The notes under the pieces are model-generated. The model ran no database searches and had not been told where the DNA came from. It saw only the letters and a program-made list of their open reading frames with translations. Below are positions 28,272 to 37,800 of a DNA stretch of 64,000 bases, piece by piece (within the stretch, counting starts at the first letter, position 1; each line of letters begins with the position of its first letter). Source of the stretch: Nodosilinea sp. (GTDB taxonomy: Bacteria > Cyanobacteriota > Cyanobacteriia > Phormidesmidales > Phormidesmidaceae); NCBI GenBank assembly GCA_035466075.1, contig DATIVG010000128.1:1109-65108 (forward strand). The letters are read 5' to 3'. Position numbers and translations under genes: made by a program.

Positions 28272-29018
28272 TCATCCCTGCCGCCGCCACCGAGCCAGGC
28301 CAATTTCCAACCAGTAGCCGGTGGTGACCCCTGCGATCGCGGCCACCATCAGCCCCAGCTTGTGGGGCAACCCGTGGGCCAGCACCGCCACCACCCCGGC
28401 CACCCCAATCGCCCCCACCATCGGTCGCGTCGTTGCGTAGGGCACAATCATGCCAATAAACGTCACCACCATGGCAAAATCCAGCCCCCAGGCCGCCGCG
28501 TTGGGCATCAGCTGCCCCACCGTCAGCCCCAGCCCGGTGCAAACAACCCAGTTGATATACATGGCCACCGCCGCCCCCAGGTAGTACCAGTGCTTGTGGG
28601 GGCTGGCATCGGGCTGAGCGTAGCGGCGAATCGCCACCGCAAAGGCCTCATCGGTCAAAAAAAAGCCGATCACCACCTTCCACCCCTGGGAGGCCCCCCG
28701 CACGTAGGGCAGCAGGCTGGCCGCATAGAGCAGGTGGCGCAGGTTGACCACCACCGTCGTCAGCACAATCAGCGGCCCCGCACTGCCCGCCGCCAGCAGC
28801 CCCAGGGCAATAAACTGCGACGACCCGGCAAACACAAACAGCGACATGCCCAGGGTCGCCCCAAACGACAGCCCGCTGCCCTGGGCCAGGGTGCCAAAGA
28901 TGAGCCCAAACGGCACCGCCCCCACCACCAGCGGCACAATATCCCGCGCCCCCGCTAGCATCTCCTGACGGCGCGATCGCACCCCCAAATCAGACCCCAA
29001 ATCAGGCTTAGTTGCCAA
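28272..29018 (-). CDS. azlC: AzlC-family permease
   Basis: VPFGLIFG, FAGSSQF, VNLRHLLY, LTDEAFA. Confidence 0.92.
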   Translation of the reverse strand: MATKPDLGSDLGVRSRRQEMLAGARDIVPLVVGAVPFGLIFGTLAQGSGLSFGATLGMSLFVFAGSSQFIALGLLAAGSAGPLIVLTTVVVNLRHLLYAASLLPYVRGASQGWKVVIGFFLTDEAFAVAIRRYAQPDASPHKHWYYLGAAVAMYINWVVCTGLGLTVGQLMPNAAAWGLDFAMVVTFIGMIVPYATTRPMVGAIGVAGVVAVLAHGLPHKLGLMVAAIAGVTTGYWLEIGLARWRRQG

Positions 29019-29092
29019 AAGAAATCTCCAAACCCAGCATGCCCCCTCTATTTTGAGTTAGAAGAAAGAAGAGGTATCACAGCTTTATTCCC

Positions 29093-30286
29093 ATGGCAGA
29101 CGCTCCCCAGTCAATTTGCATCCTCGGCGGTGGCTTCGGCGGCCTCTACACCGCCCTGCGCCTCAGCCAGCTGCCGTGGGAAAGCACCCCGCCCACCATC
29201 ACCCTAGTTGACTGCCACGACCGCTTTCTGTTTTTACCCCTGCTCTACGAGCTAGTCACCGACGAGCTCCAAACCTGGGAAATCGCCCCCCCCTACGCCG
29301 AACTGCTGGCCGGCACCCCCGTGCAGTTTCGCCAGGCAGAGGTCGCCAGCATTGACCTCGACCAGCACCGAGTCAGCCTCAGCGACCACACCCTGCTCAC
29401 CTACGACCGCCTGGTGCTAGCCCTCGGCGGCACCACCCCCATGGATATGGCCCCCGGCGTAGCCGAACACGCCCTCGCCTTTCGCACCCTGCACGACGCC
29501 TATCAGCTCAAAGAACGCCTGCGCCAGCTCGAAGCCTCCGACGCCGAGAAAATCCGCGTCGCGGTAGTGGGCGGCGGCTACAGCGGCGTCGAGCTGGCCT
29601 GCAAAGTGGCCGAGCACCTGGGCGACCGGGGCCGAGTGCGCCTCATCGAGCGCACCGACACCCTGCTGCGCACCTCCCCCGAGTACAACCGCGACGTGGC
29701 CCAAAAGGCCCTCTCCGACCTGGGCGTGTGGGTCGATCTCGAAACCGCCGTCGAGAGCGTCGGGGCCGACACCATCAGCCTCACCTTCCGGGAGCAAACC
29801 GACATCCTGCCCGTCGATCTGGTGCTGTGGACCGTAGGCACCAAAGTCAACTCAGTCATCGCTGACCTCCCCCTCAAGCACAACGAGCGCCAGCAGATCG
29901 TCGTACAGCCCACCCTCGAAGCCGTCGATCGGCCCGGCGTCTATGCCCTGGGCGATGTAGCCGACTGCCGCGACGCCGACGGCCAGCACATGGCCGCCAC
30001 CGCCCAGGTAGCCCTGCAACAGGCCGACTTTGTCGGGTGGAATATCTGGGCCAGCCTGGGCGATCGCCCCCAGCTGCCCTTCCGCTACCGCCACCTGGGC
30101 GAAATGATGACCCTCGGCACCAGCCGCGCCACCCTCACCGGGCTGGGCATCCAGCTCGACGGCGAACTCGCCCACGTGGCCCGCCGTCTGGCCTACCTGT
30201 ACAGAATGCCGACCCTCACCCACCAGGTCAGAGTCGGCCTCAACTGGATGACCAAGCCGCTGCGCGACCTGCTGGCGCAGTCCTAA
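29093..30286 (+). CDS. ndbB: Type II NAD(P)H dehydrogenase, NdbB-like (demethylphylloquinone reductase)
   Basis: ICILGGGFGGLYTALRL, FLPLLYELVT.ELQTWEIAPP, second GGGYSGVELA motif. Matches my recollection of Synechocystis NdbB. Confidence 0.8.
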   Translation: MADAPQSICILGGGFGGLYTALRLSQLPWESTPPTITLVDCHDRFLFLPLLYELVTDELQTWEIAPPYAELLAGTPVQFRQAEVASIDLDQHRVSLSDHTLLTYDRLVLALGGTTPMDMAPGVAEHALAFRTLHDAYQLKERLRQLEASDAEKIRVAVVGGGYSGVELACKVAEHLGDRGRVRLIERTDTLLRTSPEYNRDVAQKALSDLGVWVDLETAVESVGADTISLTFREQTDILPVDLVLWTVGTKVNSVIADLPLKHNERQQIVVQPTLEAVDRPGVYALGDVADCRDADGQHMAATAQVALQQADFVGWNIWASLGDRPQLPFRYRHLGEMMTLGTSRATLTGLGIQLDGELAHVARRLAYLYRMPTLTHQVRVGLNWMTKPLRDLLAQS

Positions 30287-30409
30287 TGCAGCGTCAAGCT
30301 AAATGTTTGGCGAGGCTCCGCCAGCGCGAAGCCATGCACCCCAGGGCAGCCACATCCAAAACAGTCAGCTCCTAAATCTCACTATGGGCAGAGCACTAGG
30401 CGCAGAGCA

Positions 30410-31357
30410 CTAGGCTTCGCCGGTGGCCAGCCAGCGGGCACAGTCAGCGCCCAGCTGCGCCTCAGCCACCGATTCATACCACTCAACCTCCTCCGGGGTA
30501 AGGGTGTCGCGCCAGCGGCCATTGGTGCCTTTGTTAATAAAGGTCTGAGCCCCGCCCTCAAAAATTTGGCCGCCCAGGGGAGCCACCTGGTCAGCATTGC
30601 GCTTCATATAGTCAAAGGTGCAGTGCTCAACCACGGCATCCCACCGATCCTCATCAATGGGAATATCGAGAAATTCGGCAATGCGACGCATCTGACCAGG
30701 CAAATCTTGCTTCAGCTGGGCGTAGTGCAGCAGCAGTACATTGGGTAGCGATCGCACCTCCCACCAGGAGCGCACATTTTCCCACAGCGACCAAAAAGGG
30801 TAACCATCGCCCTCCAGCCAGTCATGAAAATATTGCCGAATAGAGCCAGGCGGTGGCTCAATCGGCGGCCCCACCAAGCCAGGGGCGTTATTCAAAATGT
30901 CGTAAAACGTGGCGTTGGCGTTGGCGTGGTGGTTGTAGAGGCTCCACAGCACGTCGCGCCCATCGCGGCCAATATACAGGTACTTCGCCTGCTCAGAAAA
31001 GACCAAGGCATCGACCGGCAGGTGGGTCTTGAGAAAGCGGCGGTGGGTCTGAGCCGCCACAGCCGCCATTTTCTCCGCCGCAGGCGGCACGCGTAAATCC
31101 ATCCAGGGCGACATCTCGGCTACATTTAGCCCCTCTTGGCCATTAAAAATGAGCTGACCTACAATCTGCTGCATCCAGGTGGTGCCAGATTTGGCATAGG
31201 TGGCGATGATCACATCGTCATCGCGAAACAAAAAGTCATTCCAAATAGTGGAGTCGAAATGGTGGCTGTGCAGTTCGCGGGTCTTTTGGGGAGGCCTTGG
31301 GGCTTCACCATCGTCGGCAACAGCGGCTGAAAACGGTTTAACCGTGGCTGGGGTCAT
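30410..31357 (-). CDS. PAPS-dependent sulfotransferase (Sulfotransfer_1)
   Basis: 5'PSB TYAKSGTTW, KTHLP, 3'PB RDGRDVLWS, FINKG.NGRW. Start ATG 31357. Confidence 0.9.
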   Translation of the reverse strand: MTPATVKPFSAAVADDGEAPRPPQKTRELHSHHFDSTIWNDFLFRDDDVIIATYAKSGTTWMQQIVGQLIFNGQEGLNVAEMSPWMDLRVPPAAEKMAAVAAQTHRRFLKTHLPVDALVFSEQAKYLYIGRDGRDVLWSLYNHHANANATFYDILNNAPGLVGPPIEPPPGSIRQYFHDWLEGDGYPFWSLWENVRSWWEVRSLPNVLLLHYAQLKQDLPGQMRRIAEFLDIPIDEDRWDAVVEHCTFDYMKRNADQVAPLGGQIFEGGAQTFINKGTNGRWRDTLTPEEVEWYESVAEAQLGADCARWLATGEA

Positions 31358-31642
31358 AGAGTTGGGCTCCTTCTCGCTTAAAAACAGTAAACAGTGGGAA
31401 ATTACACAGCTGGAGTAACTACAATTCGCCGCCTCAGAGTTCCGCAAAAATCACGGTGCATCCTGCCACTGGAGCCCTCCCTGGCCTCAGCAAAAGCGGA
31501 GGTTGCCAAACACAGGTATGAACAAAAAAATCCAGTGCCTCCTGTCAGGGCAAACAGCCGTTTGCCCTGACCAACTCCATCCCTTGATTCAGCCACATCC
31601 CAAATCGGAGTCTCCAAGGCTCGAACCTGGCAGGCAACTACC

Positions 31643-32197
31643 CTAGAGCAGCTGTCTCCCCCGAGCCAGCACGCCATCGTAAAACTCTTCCAGAGCGGGG
31701 TTACAGCCCCGGCAGCGAGCAACCACCTGCTCAGTCCAGTCAAGGTACTCGCGCCGTCGCTCCAACGACCAGCTGGCCGGAGGGGCGGTCGTGACATCGA
31801 GAACATTAGCGGTTTTATCGGCAATTCTGATCTGTTGAGCGCGCCGTGAGCGATGGGCTATCTGCTCAACCTGCAAACGCTTACGCTCATCCCTGGGCAA
31901 ACCCATGTCATCGGTTACTTCTTGCACCAGCTGGCGCACCTCTGGGCCAAAGTGGTGCTCTAGCTCCTCAGGGTTGGTCTCAGTGTCTTCCAGGGTGTCA
32001 TGGAGAATCGCCCCCTGCAGGGTGACCAGGTCACTCACACCGCCTTCGCAGGCCAGCAGCTGCGCCACCCGAATCGGGTGGTTAATGTAGGGCGAGGCCT
32101 CTTCGTCTTTCCGGCGCTGGTCGCGGTGTTTGGTGGCGGCAAAGTGCAGGGCCTCCAGCAGGGCGGCAGTAGTCGTGATCGAGGGAGATAGAGTCAT
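31643..32197 (-). CDS. Stand-alone HD-domain small alarmone hydrolase (Mesh1/SpoT-HD-like)
   Basis: [39 protein letters not shown]. No synthetase domain. Confidence 0.87.
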   Translation of the reverse strand: MTLSPSITTTAALLEALHFAATKHRDQRRKDEEASPYINHPIRVAQLLACEGGVSDLVTLQGAILHDTLEDTETNPEELEHHFGPEVRQLVQEVTDDMGLPRDERKRLQVEQIAHRSRRAQQIRIADKTANVLDVTTAPPASWSLERRREYLDWTEQVVARCRGCNPALEEFYDGVLARGRQLL

Positions 32198-32431
32198 GGC
32201 TGTGCGCAAGAGGGTTGCCTTCAGCATGCCCTAGCGGCATGGCCTTAGCAGAGCCGCTTCACAAAAACATCGCCCGGCTTCACTCCAAAACCCTACCCCC
32301 AGCGCGCACCGCCGCTTTATGCAAGGAACTATCAACTTCATAGAATTCACCCGCCGCCCCGGCAGAGCCGACCAGTCGGCCTCAACCACCACCTGGCACA
32401 CCAGCTCAGCCCTCAGCTCACCCAGCTCCCA

Positions 32432-33901
32432 CTAATATCGCTCTACTCCAGCTGCCGCCACCGCCGTACTGCGCGCCGCTTCCCCACAGGTACGAGGGCT
32501 GGGCAACAGCTTCGTCGGGTTAGCCAACCCCGCCGGGTCAAAGGCGCTGCGCACAAACGCCATGGTGTCGAGATCCGTAGTCGAAAACATCGTCGGCATA
32601 TAGCACCGCTTGTCGGCCCCAATGCCGTGCTCCCCAGAGATGCTGCCCCCCACCCGCACACACAGCTTGAGAATGTCTCCCCCCAGCTCTTCCACCTGCT
32701 CCAACTCTCCAGCCACAGCATTGTTATAGAGAATCAGTGGGTGCAGATTGCCGTCTCCGGCGTGAAACACATTGGCCACTCGGTAGCCGTGGCGATCGCC
32801 CAGGGCCTCAATCTCCTTCAGCACGTAGGGCAGCTGCGTCCGAGGAATTACCCCATCCTGCACATAGTAGTCAGGGCTAAGCTTACCCATAGCGGCAAAG
32901 GCCGCCTTGCGCCCCTTCCACAACCGCAGCCGCTCCTCAGAGTCACTGGCCACCGTAATGGTGCGAGCCCCATTTTGTCGGCAGAGGTCAGCAATGCGAG
33001 CGCCCGTGGCTGCCACCTCGGCCGGCAGCCCATCGATCTCAATCAGTAAAATTGCCGCCGCATCGCGGGGATAGCAGTTAGTCGCCACCACATCTTCCAC
33101 GGCATTGAGGCTGAAGTTGTCCATCATCTCCATCCCCGCCGGAATAATACCTGCGCTAGTCACCGCTGACACCGCGGCCCCCGCCAGTTCCACCGAGGTA
33201 AAGTCTGCTAGCAGCACCTGCACCGATTGGGGGGCTTTGAGAATGCGGAGAGTCACCTCAGTAGCGATACCTAGCGTGCCCTCCGACCCCACAAACAGGC
33301 CGCACAGGTCGTATCCAGGCGTTTCTGACACCTCCCCGCCAATGTCCACCACCTCGCCGTCGGGCAGCACCAGCTTGAGTCCCAGCACGTGGTTAGTCGT
33401 CACCCCGTACTTGAGGCAATGCACCCCACCAGAATTTTCCGCTACGTTGCCTCCCACCGAACATACCGACTGGCTAGAGGGGTCAGGAGCGTAATAAAAG
33501 CCCGCCCCGCTCACGGCCTGGGTCACCCAGTTGTTAATCACCCCTGGTTGCACTACCACCTGCTGATTCTCAACATCAACAGCGAGAATTTGGTTCATAG
33601 GGGCGGTGACAATCAGCACTGAATTCTCAATGGGTAGAGCTCCGCCCGAAAGGCCAGTGCCTGCACCTCGGGCTACAAAAGGCACCTGAAACCGATCGCA
33701 AATTTTAACCGCCGCTGCTACCTGAGCGGTGGTTTTGGGGAGCACTACTACGGCGGGTCGTTGGCGATAGCTGGTCAGACCGTCGCACTCGTAGACCAAG
33801 ATCTCTTCTTTGCGGCGCACCACGCGCTCTGCTCCCAGCGCTGCGATAAAGGCGTCAACAATGGGCACCCAGTCAATTGTCACGCTATCCGCCAAAACCA
33901 T
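32432..33901 (-). CDS. glcD: Glycolate oxidase FAD-binding subunit GlcD
   Basis: RGAGTGLSGG, YAPDPSSQ, GGVHCLKYGVT, FHAGDGNLHP, GEHGIG. Confidence 0.94.
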   Translation of the reverse strand: MVLADSVTIDWVPIVDAFIAALGAERVVRRKEEILVYECDGLTSYRQRPAVVVLPKTTAQVAAAVKICDRFQVPFVARGAGTGLSGGALPIENSVLIVTAPMNQILAVDVENQQVVVQPGVINNWVTQAVSGAGFYYAPDPSSQSVCSVGGNVAENSGGVHCLKYGVTTNHVLGLKLVLPDGEVVDIGGEVSETPGYDLCGLFVGSEGTLGIATEVTLRILKAPQSVQVLLADFTSVELAGAAVSAVTSAGIIPAGMEMMDNFSLNAVEDVVATNCYPRDAAAILLIEIDGLPAEVAATGARIADLCRQNGARTITVASDSEERLRLWKGRKAAFAAMGKLSPDYYVQDGVIPRTQLPYVLKEIEALGDRHGYRVANVFHAGDGNLHPLILYNNAVAGELEQVEELGGDILKLCVRVGGSISGEHGIGADKRCYMPTMFSTTDLDTMAFVRSAFDPAGLANPTKLLPSPRTCGEAARSTAVAAAGVERY

Positions 33902-33992
33902 AACGCTACGTAGGATAAAGCTCTGTTAATGCTAACCCGAATTGTGGGTGTGTAGAAGATCTTCTTTCACAGATCGCAAGTGAGGAACTTAG

Positions 33993-34766
33993 TCATGTGA
34001 GACCATTACCGCGACCGCCTCGGTTCTCCTGCCGCTCAACGGTCGAGACCTGCTTAATAGCCTCAGAAAGTTTAGGCACTAAAATTTTGAGATACTGCTT
34101 CGGATCATAGTGATGATTGAGGCCATTTTCATGGCGCAGCACAGCTTTAACGAGGCCATCCTCCGATACAGATTCTGCATCGAGATTGATATACACAATA
34201 CCCATGGACTCACAGTGGCTATGCATGATCGAGTTGAGGCGCAGAGTCAGCTTAGTTCTCTCAAGCTGCGACGCTGAGACCTCTCTACGTTTGTTGGCCA
34301 CCTCTCCCCAATCTTGATTGTCAACTATCGTAGGCAGTGGTGAACTAATGCAAATAATATGTTTTGACTGGGCCAATTGCTCCAAAAAAGCTTGATACTT
34401 TTGAACTGTTTTACTAAGAGTCTGGTCTATAGATTGGCCGTATTTTTTGGCCTGATGCCAAATCACAAAGCCTGTATCGACCTCACCCATTAAAACAACA
34501 CAAATGTTGCTGTTAGAGCGCTGAAAGGCATAGTTAAAAATTGGCAGAGCCTGGCTCACTGAGTTAGGGTTCTCCAGGCCCGACAGAGTTGCCCCTCCAA
34601 CGCTAACCACATTGAAGTAAAGCGATGGGAACAGGGCCTCAACTGTCCGATCCTTAAGTACCTTAGCGTGCGAATCTCCAAGGACTAAAATCTCCGTCTT
34701 CCCTAACCGTTTTAGCCGCTGGGCAATGCGAACAACTAGCTTGTAAGGATAGTTCTTCATCGGCAA
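33993..34766 (-). CDS. SGNH/GDSL-hydrolase-like protein (low-GC gene)
   Basis: LGDSHA block I, GGATLSG, MGEVD, C-terminal NHHYD. Visibly lower GC than its neighbours. Confidence 0.65.
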   Translation of the reverse strand: MPMKNYPYKLVVRIAQRLKRLGKTEILVLGDSHAKVLKDRTVEALFPSLYFNVVSVGGATLSGLENPNSVSQALPIFNYAFQRSNSNICVVLMGEVDTGFVIWHQAKKYGQSIDQTLSKTVQKYQAFLEQLAQSKHIICISSPLPTIVDNQDWGEVANKRREVSASQLERTKLTLRLNSIMHSHCESMGIVYINLDAESVSEDGLVKAVLRHENGLNHHYDPKQYLKILVPKLSEAIKQVSTVERQENRGGRGNGLT

Positions 34767-34859
34767 GGTTTAGACCTGAGTCAAACGCATATTTTAGGCC
34801 ACACAGGTGAGGCTCACTTCCTGCCTGTCCCTCACAGTGTATACATAGGGAAATACAGG

Positions 34860-37800
34860 CTACTCTGCCTTCTTAGGAATCATGTTTTCGCCCTTGAGCA
34901 TGCGCTGGGCCGCATCCAGCAGCATTTCCTCCAGATAAGGCTTGGTAAAGTAGCCCCTAGCACCTAGGTCAACTGCCATTTGGCGGTGACGGTCAGCCCC
35001 TCTGGAGGTCAGCATGGCGATGGGAATTTGGCTCAGGGCGCTGTCTTTCTGCATTCGCGAGAGCAGTTCCAGTCCATCCATACGAGGCATTTCAATGTCG
35101 CAGAAAACCAGATCGCAGGGTAGGCCAGAGCGTAGTTTTTCCCAGGCTTCCTGACCATCACGGGCCTGCTCTACCCGATAACCAACCTTATTGAAGCTCA
35201 TCGACAACAGTTCACGTACCGTAATCGAGTCGTCCACAATCAGTACCGTAGGATCGGTCTGGTCGACCACTTCGACCGGTTCTTCGTCTACGGTCTGGGT
35301 CCACAGGGAGGTCGATGAGTCGCGGCGGAGACGGCCGCTGGCCAGATCAATTAGCTCCAGCACGTCGGCAATGGGCATTACCCGCCCGTCCCCTAGTACC
35401 GTAGCCCCAGCGATGCCGATGGGCTTTGGTACCGGCCCCTCTAGCTGTTTAATCACGATTTCCTGCTCGCCAATCACCTGATCAACCTGAAGGGCGATAA
35501 AGGTGCTGGCGCTGCGCAGCACCACCATGGAGACCACATCCTCGTCTTGGGGCCCACCGTACACGCGCCCGCGCCCCAGAGTCCGGTTAAAGCGCAGCAG
35601 CTCGGCTAGCGGACGGAAGGGCAGCAGGGTATCGCGCCACAGGATACAAGAGTGGCCTTGGTCGTCGGTTTGAATGCGCTCCTTGGGTACGTCGAACATG
35701 TCTTCGACCCCATCCATAGGAAAGGCAATGCGGGCCTGGTTGTTGACGCAGCTGAGGGCTTTGGTAATGCTGAGGGTAAGCGGCAGGCGAATGGTGAAAC
35801 TGGTGCCTTTGCCCACCTCCGATTCGATCGTGATGGAGCCGCGAATGTCAGCTAGGGCGGTGCGCACCACGTCCATACCCACACCGCGCCCCGAGAAGTC
35901 ATCGGCCTGGTCACGGGTGCTAAAGCCTGGCAAAAACAGCAGATCGTAGACTTCGATTTCGGTCATTGACTGGGCCTCAGCCGGGGTGATCAACCCCTGT
36001 TTGAGGGCCTTGGCCTTGACGACGGCAGGGTTGATGCCGCCGCCGTCATCGGCGATATAGATAACCGTTTGATTGCCCTGGTAAAAGGCTCGCACCGTGA
36101 TGGTGCCCTCGGTGGTTTTGCCTGTGGCCAGACGCTCCTCCGGCGACTCGATGCCGTGGGTAATGGCATTGTTGACCAGGTGGGTCATGGGGTCGTAGAG
36201 GCGTTCCAGAATCATCTTGTCGATCAGGGTGTCGCGCCCCTCAACCACAAGCTTGGCCTCTTTACCACACTTGAGTGAGATGTCGCGCACAGCTCGGGGG
36301 AGTCGGTCGGCGGTCTGCCCAAAGGGCACCATGCGGGCTTTGTTCAGCCCCTCTTGCAGCTGGGTAGTGACCTGGCGAAACTGACGGGCAATTTGGTCGG
36401 TGGAATCAATGGTGAACTCAATGTCTGAAGATGCTTCTCGCACCCGGACGATCAGCTCAATCATTTCTTGGGAGAGGGTGTGAAAGCCCGTAAAACGGTC
36501 CATTTCCAGCGCGTCAAAGGTGGCCCCGGTGGCGTGGCTACTGCTGCTAGGTTGAGACGAAACCCCCAGGGCAAAGGCTTGGCGGTTGGCGATCAGAGAG
36601 CTTTCCAGCAGGGAGCGCTCGTACAGGTCGCGCATGCGCTGGCCCACGTCGTTGAGCTGCGAAACCTGGTGCAGCAGGTTGTCTAGGAACTGCCGCAGCC
36701 GCTCCTGGTCTTGCTCGAGAGAGTTGCGGTTGACCACCAATTCGCCCACCAGGTTGCTAAGGGTGTCGAGGTGGCCAACAGAAACCCGCATGGTTTGGTC
36801 GGTGGTGCTGCTGGCCCGGCGGGGCGAGCGGCGGGCGCTGGGGGCGGCTGCCCCCCGGCGACTGGCCAGGGTAGGCGCTGAGCCCCCCAGTTGATCGGCT
36901 TCTTCAAGCAGCTTTTCAAGGTCGCCAAATTCGTCGTCACCGGCCTCAACGGAGGCAGCATTCCCCGGCCAGCTTGTCGCCGCAGAGTGGTCTCCAGCGC
37001 CGTTGCCGTTGCTACTGAGAGCGTGATCGATGCCGCTGGGGGGCTGCTCATCCGCCAGGGAGTCTGCGTCTAGCAATGCCTCTAGGTCGTCAAAGGCACC
37101 GTCGTCGTACAGCCCAGGACCCTCGGTTTCGGTGCCATTGAAGATCGAGCCCGATTCCCAACTGCTATCAAAACCGGGTTGAGTGTCGGCGTTCTCCGGA
37201 GTTGGGGCAAGGGGAGGGGTAGGTTCATCAAAATCAAAGGGGTCGTCGGTGACAGAGTCTTCGAGCAGGCTATCGAGAGCGCCGAAGTCGGCGGTTTCCA
37301 AGGCCATGCTCTCGGTGACGTTGCCCTGGTGGTCAGGGGCAGCCCACTCCTCTGGAGTGGCTGACTCTAAGGCATCGTCGATGTCAAGGTCAGCAACTTC
37401 AAGGTCAGCAACTTCAAGGTCGGCGGTTTCAAGGTTGGCCGGTTCGGTGGACTCGGGGGGAGATGGAGCGGTAAACGCTGCCTCGAAGGCAGAATCAAAC
37501 GGACTGTCTTCAAGGACGAGATCGCCAAAGGGATCGTCGGCCAGGGAGTTGTCGATTGGAGAACTGTCGGAACCAAATAAATCGATGTCGTCGTCGAGGT
37601 TCACCCCACCGGAGCTGAACTCATCGATATTGCTGTTGTCGGTGCTGAAAGCATCGGCGTCAGCATCGGCGAAGAAGCTCTCGGGGGTAGATGGGGTGAT
37701 CGGGGTTGGGGCGTTATCTACTACCTCATCGAAGTCGAGGTTTAATTCCGGCAGGGTGTGGGCATTGTCGGATTGGTTGAGGTCGGCTTCAGCGGCGGCA

